Below are positions 17,885-27,809 of a DNA stretch of 64,000 nt, in pieces. The DNA comes from an uncultured Chloroflexia bacterium (GTDB lineage: Bacteria > Chloroflexota > Limnocylindria > Limnocylindrales > CSP1-4). The translations under genes and the position numbers were made by a program. Under the pieces are notes generated by a model. The model ran no database searches, was not told the DNA's origin, and saw only the letters and a program-made list of their open reading frames with translations. Each line of letters begins with the position of its first letter. The stretch's first letter is position 1. The stretch lies in contig CAWBHP010000012.1 in assembly GCA_963788685.1 (NCBI GenBank), forward strand, positions 5,574 through 69,573. The letters are read 5' to 3'.

Positions 17885-18410
17885 ATGAGCTCCAGACTCC
17901 TGATGGTCGCAACGATCGTCGTCGCCGGCATGGCGGTGGCGGCTTGCAGTAGCCCGGGCGCTTCGACGGCGTCCCTCGCGGCTCCGACGACGCGCCGCGT
18001 CCCAGGCCCCGCCGTCGGTCGCCGCGTCCGAGGCACCACCGTCGGTCGCCGCGTCGCAGCCCGCCGCGGCCGCGACCGTCGAGGCCACGGAGGTCGGCAG
18101 CCTCGGCACCGTCCTCGTTGCCGGATCGAACGACATGACGGTCTACATCTTCACGAGCGACGTGAAGGACAGCGGCAAGAGCGCCTGCAGCGGTGGCTGC
18201 ATCACGAAGTGGCCGGCGCTGACCGTGGCGGCCGGCGAGACGCCGACGGCCGGACCGGGCGTGACCGGCACGCTCGACACGATCACCCGGGAGGACGACG
18301 GCACGCTCCAGGTGACCTACAACGGCCTGCCGCTCTACTTCTACGAAGACGACGCGGCGCCCGGCGACGCCAACGGCGTCTACACCGGCTGGGAGGCTGT
18401 CAAGCCCTGA
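17885..18410 (+). CDS. COG4315 / Lipoprotein_15 secreted repeat lipoprotein; frameshift near 17990
   Basis: Lipobox AVAAC; motifs MTVYIFTSD...CSGGCITKWP and QVTYNGLPLYFY..D..PGD.NG. Confidence 0.85.
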
Positions 18411-18424
18411 CCCATCGGCCGTTC

Positions 18425-18467
18425 AAGGGGCCCGACCGTCGCATCGCGCGCCGGAAGGGCCCCTTTT
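18425..18467. terminator. Putative bidirectional intrinsic terminator
   Basis: AAGGGGCCC...GGGCCCCTTTT inverted repeat between convergent genes. Confidence 0.55.
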
Positions 18468-18472
18468 CGATG

Positions 18473-19187
18473 TCAGGCGGCCGCCGCCCTGATCCGCCCG
18501 ATCGCCTCCCCCACTCCGCCGCTCCACGGCTGACCGTGGCCCGGGAGCAGCCAGGCGGCCTCGATTCCGTCGAGCCGATCGAGTGACGCGAGGGCCTGCG
18601 CCGGGTCGGCGCTGAACGGCGCGATCATCGGTCCGGTCTCGCCGGTCGTCACCGCGATCGTCGCGAGCGCGTCGCCCGCGAACAGCGCGTCGTGCGAGGC
18701 CACGTGGAGCGCCGCGGATCCCGGCGTGTGACCCGGGACGAGGATGACCCGTGGCGCGCCAGGGACGTCGAGCGTCGCCCCGTCGCCGTACGTCGCGACC
18801 TCGGTCAGGTTCGTCGTCCGAAGCGCGCCGTGGGTCACGCCGAACCAGAGGAACCGGAGCAGCGGGACGAGCCGCGTCGGGCCCGTCGTGGCCGCGGTTC
18901 GGGACCTCGCCGCGGGCGAGGGCCTCATCGAGCTCGTGGACGCTGACCGGCAGGTGGCGCTCGCGCCGGGCCCGTTCCGCGAAGCCGATATGGTCCGAGT
19001 GGCCGTGGGTGAGGACGACGGCGCGGACGTCGTCGAGGCTGCGGCCCATCGCCGCGAGCTCCGCTGGCAGGTCCGCCCAGTAGCTTGGCAGCCCGGCGTC
19101 GATGATCGTGACCTCTCCTGCTTCTTCGACGAGGTACGAGTTGACGAGGCCGCTGCCGATGCGGTGGATCCGAGGCGCGATCTTCAT
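18473..19187 (-). CDS. MBL-fold metallo-hydrolase; frameshift near 18900
   Basis: IIDAG, THGHSDHIG, PGHTPGS, LFAGD and LPGHG motifs across two frames. Confidence 0.9.
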
Positions 19188-20206
19188 CGCGGAGCCTCCG
19201 CGTTGCTGCCGGTGACGATGACGAGGGCGGGACCCTCGAGGGAGCCGTTCGCCGCGGCGGCCAGGATCCCCGCCCAGGATGCCGCTCCGCCGCCCTCGAC
19301 CGTCATCCCAAGAGCAGCCGTCAACTCCGCCTGGGCGTCGCGCAGCGCCTCGTCGGACACGAGGATCATGTCGTCGACGCGGCCCTCCATCTCGGTGAGC
19401 GCTTCAGGGATGGGGACCCTCGTCGCGATCCCGCCGGCCCACGTATCGGCTGCGTCGGTCTCGATCGGGCGCTTGGCGCGCCACGACAGCGTCATCGACG
19501 GCGCCTTCTCCGACTGGACGCCGACCACGCGACAGGTTGGCAGCGCGTCGCGGAGCCAGGCGCCGACGCCGACGATCAGCGCCCCGTTTCCGACCGGCAC
19601 GAACGCGGTCCCCAGGCTGGGGAGCGCTCCGTCCGCTGAGCCATCGGTAAGCTCGACGGCGAGGGTCGCGGCGCCGGTCGCGACCCACGGATCCGCGCCG
19701 TCGACGAGGAGGAATGCCCCCTCCCCTGCCGCGAACCGCTCCGAGGCGGCCCGTGCCGCGTCGAAGTCGCTCCCCTCCTGGACGACGCGCGCACCGAATC
19801 GCCTGATCCGGGCGAGTTTCGTCGGGTTGGCGTGCTCGTCGGCGAAGACCACGACCGGAACACCGAACGCCCGGCCGGCGAACGCGCAGCCCTGGCCGAA
19901 GTTGCCGGTCGACGCGACGACGAGCGGCCGGCCCTCCCCCACCCTGCCCTCCTCGGCGAGGCGGCGCACGGCGAGCCACGTTCCGCGGCCCTTGAACGCA
20001 CCGATCGGGTTGGCGCACTCGATCTTGACGACGACCTCGACGCCGGCTCGCTCGCTCAGGCCCTCGCTGACGAACTGGGGCGAGGCGACGAAGGCCGGGT
20101 GGATGAGCTCGCGGGCCGCCCTGATCGTCGTCCCGGCGAGAGGCGGCCCGAGCGCCGCGACCCGTTCACCCGGGTCAGATGAAGATTCCCAGCGAAGTCC
20201 TGCCAA
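19184..20206 (-). CDS. PLP-dependent threonine/serine dehydratase-like enzyme (PALP family); start uncertain
   Basis: KIECANPIGAFKGRG (PLP lysine), ASTGNFGQ and VPVGNGAL motifs. Confidence 0.85.
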   Translation of the reverse strand: MAGLRWESSSDPGERVAALGPPLAGTTIRAARELIHPAFVASPQFVSEGLSERAGVEVVVKIECANPIGAFKGRGTWLAVRRLAEEGRVGEGRPLVVASTGNFGQGCAFAGRAFGVPVVVFADEHANPTKLARIRRFGARVVQEGSDFDAARAASERFAAGEGAFLLVDGADPWVATGAATLAVELTDGSADGALPSLGTAFVPVGNGALIVGVGAWLRDALPTCRVVGVQSEKAPSMTLSWRAKRPIETDAADTWAGGIATRVPIPEALTEMEGRVDDMILVSDEALRDAQAELTAALGMTVEGGGAASWAGILAAAANGSLEGPALVIVTGSNAEAPR

Positions 20207-20240
20207 CCGAGCGCTCCCCGCGGCTTGCCGGGCACAACAA

Positions 20241-20807
20241 AACGCCCAAAGGAACTTCGATCACTAGATGCTCCAACCAATACAAGTACCAGTCAGATCA
20301 CTAGATGTTCGATGCCCCTTCGGGCAAGACCTACAGTAGGGGCCGGACCTTGCGCCTGCCTAGTGGCTTATCCACGACTTCTTGCATTCGTGCGACCTTT
20401 TCGGAGGGCTTATCCACACCTTCCCACGATCGTCGCGTTGCGTGGGACGGGCCGGATCGCCGTAGGTCGCCGCAGTGCGCATGCGATTGAGCGTAGGAGT
20501 GCGGGGGGCCGCGATCAACGCGGGTCGACCAGGAGGAGCCACAGCCGGCGGGTCGCGTTGGGGTCCGCGACCCGCCAGGGCTGCCCTCGTCTGGCGAGAA
20601 TCTCGCAAGAAATGAGAACGCCCGAAGGAACCTCGCTTCCGTAGCCTCCAACGCTAATGCAAGCACCAGCGTCGTCGCTTTCGAACTCGTGGCCCCTTCA
20701 GGCAAGACCTACATTACGGCCCGGCCCGGCCGATGCCTAGAGGGTTATCCACGAGTTTCAAATCTTCCGGCGGCATTTCACGAGCGTTGTCCACAGGGTT
20801 CCCACGA
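20241..20807. repeat. Two imperfect direct repeats of about 190 bp (20241-20429, 20617-20807) with DnaA-box-like 9-mers
   Basis: Shared blocks AACGCCC.AAGGAAC.TCG, GCCCCTTC.GGCAAGACCTACA, TGCCTAG.GG.TTATCCACGA and TTCCCACGA. Boxes at 20368 (TTATCCACG), 20410 (TTATCCACA), 20745 (TTATCCACG) and 20787 (TTGTCCACA). Confidence 0.75.
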
Positions 20808-20840
20808 CGCGTCTCACCTGACGCCGAAACGCAACCCGCA

Positions 20841-21335
20841 TCACTCCTCGAGCGGCCACTCCTGGGAGTCGTCGAGGATCGGGATCCCGCGCTCGTCGCA
20901 GGCGAGGGCTGCAACGTCACCGTGCGCCCCGGGCTCGCGCCAGACGATCCAGTGCTGAAAGGTAATGACGAGGCCAGAGCCCGCCCAGCCGGCGACCGCA
21001 GACCCGAAGGGGTCGCCGATGATGCCGATACGCCATTCTGGCCGCCAAGCCGTCTCGATCGGTTTCACCCCATCCTTGGTGACGATGTTGCCGTGAGCCG
21101 ATTGGCCGTCGGGCTCTGGGTGAAAGGTGAGAAGTCCGCCGGCGTCGGCGAGCTCCAGGCGCCCGAGGCGACCGTCGGGCAGAAGCTCGAGCATCCCGGA
21201 CGGGCCCATCAACCCCTGGTGGATCTCGTGCATCCATCGCCACCGACGTCCCTGCTTGCCCTCGGCGACTGACCAGAGCACAACGTCATCGTGCGGGAGA
21301 AGACCTCGGCCGGCCCGGCGCAGCCAGTCGGTCAC
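20841..21335 (-). CDS. Hypothetical protein downstream of hflX
   Basis: GTG start overlaps the hflX stop; ORF with WSVAEGKQGRRWRW...ELLPDGRLGRLEL. Confidence 0.7.
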   Translation of the reverse strand: MTDWLRRAGRGLLPHDDVVLWSVAEGKQGRRWRWMHEIHQGLMGPSGMLELLPDGRLGRLELADAGGLLTFHPEPDGQSAHGNIVTKDGVKPIETAWRPEWRIGIIGDPFGSAVAGWAGSGLVITFQHWIVWREPGAHGDVAALACDERGIPILDDSQEWPLEE

Positions 21336-22657
21336 TCGGTCAGCGTCGGCCCTGCGCCGTTGCTCGCGTCGGCGCGGAGCGACTCGGCCCATCGTTCGGC
21401 TGTGGACGTGAGCTCGCCCGCCAGCACGGGCGCCGCCCGGCCGTGGACGCGGACATCCTGGTTGCCGTAGTCGAGCTCGACCGTGCCGCGCTCGCGGGTT
21501 CGGGCCAGAAGCTCCCCTGCCGTGTACGGGACGCGGACGTCGACGTCGACCCACAGCGAGGCAAGCAGCGCCGCGATCTCGGCTCGCAGCGTGTCGAGCC
21601 CGAACCCCGTGAGGGCGCTGACGAGGACACTGCCCGCGAGCGCCGGCGCCGGAGCGTCGCCGTCCTGGGCTGCCTTCTCGACCAGATCCGCCTTGTTGAA
21701 CGCCACGAGCCGCGGCTTGTCGCCGGCCCCCAGCTCGTCGAGGACGGTCTGGACAGTGGCCCTGTGCTCGCGCAGATGCGGATCGGAGGCATCGACCACC
21801 TCGATCAGCACGTCGGCCCGGTTGACCTCCTCGAGCGTCGCCCGGAACGCGTCGACGAGCTGGTGCGGGAGCTTGTGGATGAAGCCGACGGTGTCGGTGA
21901 CGATCGCCGTCTGCCCGTCGCCGAGCTTGACCTGGCGCGAGGTCGGGTCGAGCGTCGCGAACAGCTTGTCCTCCGCCTTGGCGACCTCGCTGCCGACGAG
22001 CGAGTTGAGGAGCGTCGACTTGCCCGCGTTCGTGTAGCCGACGATGCCGACGGTCGGGATCAGCCGGCGGTCGCGTCCTCGGGCAGCCATCGATCGCTGC
22101 TGGCGGACCTGGTCGACCCGCTCCTTCATCTTCGAGATGCGCGTCCGGATGATCCGGCGGTCGGTCTCGAGCTGGCTCTCGCCGGGTCCGCGGGTCCCGA
22201 TGCCGCCGCCGGTCCGCGACAGGTGGGTCCAGAGACGGGTCAGGCGTGGCAGCTGGTACTCGAGCTGGGCGAGCTCGACCTGGAGGCGGCCCTCGTGGGT
22301 CTGGGCGTGGAGGGCGAAGATGTCGAGGATGAGCCGGCTGCGGTCGATGACCTTGACCTTGAGCAGGCTCTCGAGCGCCTTCTGCTGGCTGGGCGACAGC
22401 TCGTCGTCGGCGACGAGGAGGTCGAACCCGGTCTCGCTCTTGGCCTGGGCGAGCTCCTCGGCCTTGCCCTTGCCGACATACCAGTTCGGGTCGATGTGGC
22501 GGCGGTTCTGCCACTCCGCGCCGACGACCTCCGCCCCGGCCGTGGTCGCGAGGTTGGCGAGCTCGCCGAGCGACTCCTCGGCCGACCAGCCGCTGTCGTC
22601 ACCGGTGTCGACCGCGACGAGGAAGGCCTTCTCCGCGGGCGGAGCGAGATCGATCAT
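21332..22657 (-). CDS. hflX: GTPase HflX
   Basis: LILDIFALHA, GRLQVELAQL, GYTNAGKSTL, DTVGFI, NKAD motifs. Confidence 0.97.
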   Translation of the reverse strand: MIDLAPPAEKAFLVAVDTGDDSGWSAEESLGELANLATTAGAEVVGAEWQNRRHIDPNWYVGKGKAEELAQAKSETGFDLLVADDELSPSQQKALESLLKVKVIDRSRLILDIFALHAQTHEGRLQVELAQLEYQLPRLTRLWTHLSRTGGGIGTRGPGESQLETDRRIIRTRISKMKERVDQVRQQRSMAARGRDRRLIPTVGIVGYTNAGKSTLLNSLVGSEVAKAEDKLFATLDPTSRQVKLGDGQTAIVTDTVGFIHKLPHQLVDAFRATLEEVNRADVLIEVVDASDPHLREHRATVQTVLDELGAGDKPRLVAFNKADLVEKAAQDGDAPAPALAGSVLVSALTGFGLDTLRAEIAALLASLWVDVDVRVPYTAGELLARTRERGTVELDYGNQDVRVHGRAAPVLAGELTSTAERWAESLRADASNGAGPTLTE

Positions 22658-22718
22658 GTTGTTCCTGCTGGGCACGGCGGAAGGATACCCGGTCAGGAAC
22701 TCGCGTCTGAGAGCCCGT

Positions 22719-24398
22719 AACGAGTCGAATGACATCCTCATCCCGACGATCGCCGCCGCCGTCGCGATGCGCATCAAGCACGAGACCTGGGTCCTGGACG
22801 ACGGCAACCGTCCCGAGGTCGCCCGCCTCGCACGGAAGCTCGGCGCCCGATATCTGACCCGCCCCACTCACGAGCACGCCAAGGCCGGCAACATCAACCA
22901 CGCCCTCGGCAAGATCAAAGCCGACTTCATCGCAATTCTGGATGCCGATCACGTCGCCTCGGACCAGTTCCTCGTGCGGACGCTCGGCTACTTCGACGAT
23001 GCGGCCATCGCCGTCGTTCAGACACCGCAGGAGTTCTACAACACCGACTCGTTCGAACATGCCTCGGGCGAGGGCGAGGCGCGCTTCCACGAGCAGGCTC
23101 TCTTCTACCGCGTGCTCCAGGCCGGGAAGAACCGCTGGAACGCGGCGTTCTGGTGCGGAACCGGGGCAGTCCTTCGGATGACGGCGCTTCGCGAGGTCGG
23201 CGGCGTCGCGACCGAGACGATCACCGAGGACATCCACACGACGATCCGGCTCCACCGCCGTGGCTGGCGAACGGTCTACCACAACGAGGTGCTCGTGCGC
23301 GGCCTCGCTGCCAGCGACGCAGCCACGTACAACCTCCAGCGGCTGCGCTGGGGAACCGGTGCAATGCAGGTCCTGCGGATCGAGAACCCGCTCGTAGTGC
23401 CGGGCCTGACGATCCCCCAGCGCCTGGCCTACGCGGCGACGCTCCTCGGCTGGTTTGACGCCTGGCGTTCGCTCGGCTATCTGCTCCTGCCCGTCGTCGT
23501 CCTCCTCACGGGAGCGGTCCCGATCCGGGCCGAGCCGTGGACGTTCGTTGCCTTCTTCGGCCTTACGTTCGTGCTCGGCCAGATGGCTATGCGGATCCTC
23601 AGCCGAGGCTGGCACCGTTCGATGCTCTCGATCGTTTTCGAGCTCGTCCGGATGACCCCGAACATCGGGGCGACACTGACCCTCCTCAGGCCCGGCCGGA
23701 TCGGATTCCGCGTGACACCGAAGGGCCGCACCGGCGACTCCCGCCGCCCCGCCCCCGAGCCGCTCCTCCTTCGAGTCACGGCCGTGTTGAGCGTCCTCGG
23801 CCTCGCCTGGTTCGCTCTCACCCTCCTCGGCCGGACGCCGACCCGTTATGAGGTCCCATGGGCGGCCTACGCGACGGCCGGCTGGCTCGTCCTCAACACC
23901 TTCCTGCTCGTCGCGGCAATCGGGCGGGTCCGCGCGCTTCGCTTCGCCGGCGAGCGACGGGCGAGCCATCGCTTCGAGACTGTCCTCCATGGCCGGATCG
24001 ACAACACACCGTGCGAAATCCACGACCTATCGCTGACGGGGGCCCGAATCGAGCTAGGTCGGCTGCCGATGATCATTGCATCCCCGAACGCTGGCGGGTC
24101 GCCGAGCCTCGAGCGCCACGTGCTCACTGTCCCGATCGATGGTCATGAGATCGTGCTCGAGGCCGTGTCGCGATCCGAGCGACGTGATGGCGTCAGGACG
24201 ATCGTCGGGCTCGAGTTCCTGCCCGACCAGGATGCGGCGCGGGCACAGCTGGCGCTCGCACTGTTCGCCACGACGCGGCCGCCGGTCCAATCGCGTCTCC
24301 CGCGCCCTACGCCGAATGCGCTGTCAGCGGGGATCAAACCGCTGCTTGACCAGAGCTCCCTGGCCCGCTCCACGAGCGCGGCCGCGGCCGTCGCCTGA
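22719..24398 (+). pseudogene. Cellulose-synthase-like GT2 glycosyltransferase (BcsA-like) with a PilZ-like domain, 5'-truncated
   Basis: LDDG, HAKAGN, DADH, FWCGT, TED, QRLRW motifs, TM helices, then RRASHR...DLSLTGA PilZ motifs. Homology begins abruptly at NES of the expected PTYNE motif, with no N-terminal TM region or start codon. Confidence 0.8.
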
Positions 24399-25283
24399 CT
24401 ATCAGCGGCGTCGAGCCACTCCATCCCGGGCTCCGAGCGGAACCACGTTCGCTGGCGCTTCGCGAAGCCGACGTTGCGGCGTGCGTCCTCGGCGATCGCG
24501 CCCTCGACGGTCATCGTTCCGTCGAGCACCGCCCACGCCTCGCGGTAGCCGATCGCGGAGAAGGCGGGAAGCGTCGGGTCGAAGCGGTCGCGCAAGCGAG
24601 CGAGCCTCCTCGATCAGCCCGGCGTCGAACTGGGCCCGGGCCCTGGTCGCAATCCACGCGCGGTGCGTGTCGGGATCAAGGCTCAGCCCGATCCATTTCG
24701 TTGGCCCGTCGTAGCCTCGCGGCAGCGGTGTCTCGCGATCGCCCTCGAGTTCGGCGATCTCGAGCGCGCGGACGACGCGTCGGGGGTTCTTGAGGTCGGT
24801 TCGGGCGGCTCGTCGAGGCGCGGCGGCCTGGAGCCGGCCGACGAGCGGCTCGAGCCCGTCTCGCACCAGGTCGTTCTCGAGCGAGGCTCGCAGGATCGCG
24901 TCGGACGGCAGCGAATCCGTGTCGATTCCGCGGGCCACCGCCCGCAGGTAGAGCCCCGTCCCACCGACGAGGATCGCGATGGCGCCACGCGAGGCGATCC
25001 CGGCCAGGGCCTCACGCGCGTGAGCTGCGAAGTCGGCCAGCGTGAACGGTTCGTCCGGCTCGACCAGGTCGAGCCCGTGGTGCGGCACGCCGGCCCGATC
25101 GGCCACGGACGCCTTGGCGGTGCCGATGTCGAGCCCGCGGTAGACCTGGCGCGAGTCGGCCGAAATGATCTCGGCGGGGACGCCGTCACCGGCCAGAGCC
25201 TGGGCCATCGCGATCGAGAGACCGGTCTTGCCCGTCGCCGTCGCGCCGGCGATCACGAGGAGGGGCGGAACCGCCGCGCTCAC
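24143..25283 (-). CDS. miaA: tRNA dimethylallyltransferase; frameshift near 24597, natural stop unclear
   Basis: GATATGKT, ADSRQVYRGLDIGTAK, VGGTGLY, IGYRE and AKRQRTWF motifs. Confidence 0.95.
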
Positions 25284-26890
25284 CCGCCGACGACCGCTCC
25301 TCGGAGCGAATACGGTCCGGCATGATCGACGCGAACCGGGACCGTTCGGCCCACAAGGTCCGGCTCACCGACGAGGTGGACGAGCTTGTTCTGGCGCGAG
25401 CGCCCCGAGAACGTCGTGCCGGCGACGGCCGCATCGGGCCCTGGGTGGTGGTCATGGCTCCGCGGCGGGACGACCGTGTCGACGAGGACCTCGACCTCGC
25501 GCCCCAGCCAGGCCTCGTTCCGCTCCATCCCGATCGCTTCTTGGACTGCCAGCAGCTCATTCAGGCGGTGCCGCTTGACGTCTGCGGGGACGTCGTCGGC
25601 GAGGTGCGTCGCCGGCGTCCCCGGCCGCTCCGAGTAGGCCGCGGCGAACACCTGGTCGTAGCGGACGGTCTCGAGCAGGCGCAGGGTCGCCTGGAACTGC
25701 TCCTCGGTTTCGCCGCAGAACCCGACGATGACGTCGGTCGAGATCGAGATCCCTGGAACGGCCTCGCGGATCCGAGCGAGGCGTTCGAGATAGTGCTCGA
25801 TCGTGTACTGGCGGCCCATCCGCCGCAGCACGGCGTCGTCGCCGGACTGGACCGGCAGGTGGAGGTGCTCGCAGACGGAGCGGCACTCGGCCATTGCCGC
25901 GATGAGCCGGTCCGACAGGTCCCAGGGGTGGGAGGTCACGAACCGAAGGCGCTCGATCGCGGGCCGCCCGTCGGCCGTCCGGATGCCGTCGATCGCCCGG
26001 ATGAGCTCCGCCAGGTCCGGCCGGCCGTGGAGGTCGAGCCGGCGGCCGGCCCAGCGCTCGGCGTCGACGTGGCCGAAGCGCGGTTCCGCGTCGAGATCGT
26101 GGCCGTAGGAGTTCACGTTCTGGCCGAGGAGCGTCACCTCGCGATAGCCGGCCGCGGCGATCGACCGGGCCTCCTCGACGATCTCGTCGAACGGCCGGCT
26201 GCGCTCGGGACCGCGGCTGAACGGGACGATGCAGTACGTGCAGGTCTTGTCGCAGCCGTAGATGATCGGCAGCCACGCGCTCGTGGCCGATCCGCGGGCG
26301 ACGGCGCCGACGGCGACGGCCTGGGCGCGGGTCGCGGCCAGGTGATCCGCGACGCCGACGAGCGTTCGACCGACGACGGTGGTAGCTCCTGTGAGCCCGA
26401 CAGGCGCCTGCGCCGACGCGAGACCCAGCCGGTCGATGAGCTCCGGCTCCTCGTCGGGCCGGAGGAACAGATCGACGGCCGGGTAGCGCTTCTTCAGACC
26501 CGCCCGATCCGGCTCGCGCACCGAGCAGCCAGTCAGGACGATCCGCAGCGCCGGGTTCGCGGCCTTCAGGCGGTCGAGATGGCCCTGTCGCCCGATGACC
26601 TTTTGCTCGGCGGCCTCGCGGATCGCGCAGGTGTTGATCACGATCAGGTCGGCCTCATCGAGCTCCGGCGCCTCCTCGAGCCCGGCGACCAGCAACCGGC
26701 CAGCCATCTCCTCCGAGTCGCTCCGGTTCATCTGGCAGCCGAGCGTCCAGACGTGGAAGCGTGGGAGAACTCGCGCCTCCGGGCGGTATTCGTCCAGGCG
26801 CAAGTCCTCGGGGCGAATCTGCTCGCGCGGAGCATGCCCCGCCGCTGGGGCGAGCTCCGCATCGAGCATCGGCAACTGGCGGAGCGTCAT
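25280..26890 (-). CDS. miaB: tRNA methylthiotransferase MiaB
   Basis: GCQMN, NTCAIRE, radical-SAM CDKTCTYC, HLPVQSGDD and a TRAM domain. Confidence 0.97.
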   Translation of the reverse strand: MTLRQLPMLDAELAPAAGHAPREQIRPEDLRLDEYRPEARVLPRFHVWTLGCQMNRSDSEEMAGRLLVAGLEEAPELDEADLIVINTCAIREAAEQKVIGRQGHLDRLKAANPALRIVLTGCSVREPDRAGLKKRYPAVDLFLRPDEEPELIDRLGLASAQAPVGLTGATTVVGRTLVGVADHLAATRAQAVAVGAVARGSATSAWLPIIYGCDKTCTYCIVPFSRGPERSRPFDEIVEEARSIAAAGYREVTLLGQNVNSYGHDLDAEPRFGHVDAERWAGRRLDLHGRPDLAELIRAIDGIRTADGRPAIERLRFVTSHPWDLSDRLIAAMAECRSVCEHLHLPVQSGDDAVLRRMGRQYTIEHYLERLARIREAVPGISISTDVIVGFCGETEEQFQATLRLLETVRYDQVFAAAYSERPGTPATHLADDVPADVKRHRLNELLAVQEAIGMERNEAWLGREVEVLVDTVVPPRSHDHHPGPDAAVAGTTFSGRSRQNKLVHLVGEPDLVGRTVPVRVDHAGPYSLRGAVVGG

Positions 26891-27807
26891 CGCCCGATCG
26901 CATCGTGGAGACGGTCGACGACCATCGGGGGCACGTTGAGCGTGGCATGGGCCTCGGCGTACGTCATGAGGTCGCCATGGTAGTCGGAGCCACCCGTCGC
27001 GACGAACCCGAGCCTCTTGGCGACGTCCGAAACGAGCGCGACCGTGTCGTGGGTGAACGTGCGGTAATAGACCTCGAGGCCGCGCAGGCCGGCGTCTCGC
27101 AACTCGCGTAGAAGCCCAAGTTGGCGGGGAGCCTCCGAGAAGTGGGCAAGAACCGGCAACCCGCCGGCAGCGGTGATTGCCTCGATCGCCGCGACCGGCC
27201 CGAGACCCTCGCGCGGCACATACGCCGGCCCGCCCCAGCCGATGAGCCGCCGGAACGCATCGTCGACGCTCGTCGCATGACCGGCCGCCATCAGCGCCCG
27301 CGCGACGGTCGGCCGGCCAAGGGCATCGTCGTGGGCGAGATCGATGTCGGCGACGTGGGCGTCGATCGGCATCCCGATCTCGGACAGGAGCGCCACGGTC
27401 CGCTCGAACCGGCGCCTGCGCGACACCCGCTGGGCGGCGAGCGCGGCTTCGAACGCGTCATCGGACGGGTCCATCCCGAACCCGAGGATGTGAAGCTCGC
27501 CGTCCTGGAGCGGGATGCCGCGCGCGATCGCGTTGATCTCGACGCCGGCGATCAGCTCGAGCCCTGCCGGTATGGCATCCGGTGAAGCCGTCAGCTCCCG
27601 GAACCCGCCGAGCGTGTCGTGATCGGTGATGGCCAGGACCCGGACACCGGCCGCGGCGACATCGCGGACGAGTGCAGCCGGCTCGAGGATTCCGTCGGAC
27701 CGCTTGGTGTGCGTGTGGAGGTCGACGATCGAGGTTCCGCCGCCCGCGATCGGTGCGGGCGAGACGGCATGTCGCCCGGCTCGTCGAACGGGCCGCGGCC
27801 CTCCCAC
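26887..27807 (-). CDS. PHP-domain phosphoesterase; start uncertain
   Basis: DLHTHTKRSDG, AITDHDT, GGSDYHG motifs. Confidence 0.92.
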   Translation of the reverse strand: MGGPRPVRRAGRHAVSPAPIAGGGTSIVDLHTHTKRSDGILEPAALVRDVAAAGVRVLAITDHDTLGGFRELTASPDAIPAGLELIAGVEINAIARGIPLQDGELHILGFGMDPSDDAFEAALAAQRVSRRRRFERTVALLSEIGMPIDAHVADIDLAHDDALGRPTVARALMAAGHATSVDDAFRRLIGWGGPAYVPREGLGPVAAIEAITAAGGLPVLAHFSEAPRQLGLLRELRDAGLRGLEVYYRTFTHDTVALVSDVAKRLGFVATGGSDYHGDLMTYAEAHATLNVPPMVVDRLHDAIGR

Positions 27808-27809
27808 GC

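Noticed and set aside
20241-20807. DnaA-box cluster as oriC
   Set aside because: Only four boxes, no dnaA or dnaN nearby, and core genes point toward this region rather than away from it, with a dif-like site 5 kb away.
20241-20807. Tandem glycine, T-box or c-di-AMP riboswitch upstream of the dehydratase
   Set aside because: The hallmark motifs of those families were not found on either strand.
22044-22718. N-terminal 225 aa of ORF 22044..24398 as part of the glycosyltransferase
   Set aside because: It is the antisense shadow of hflX.
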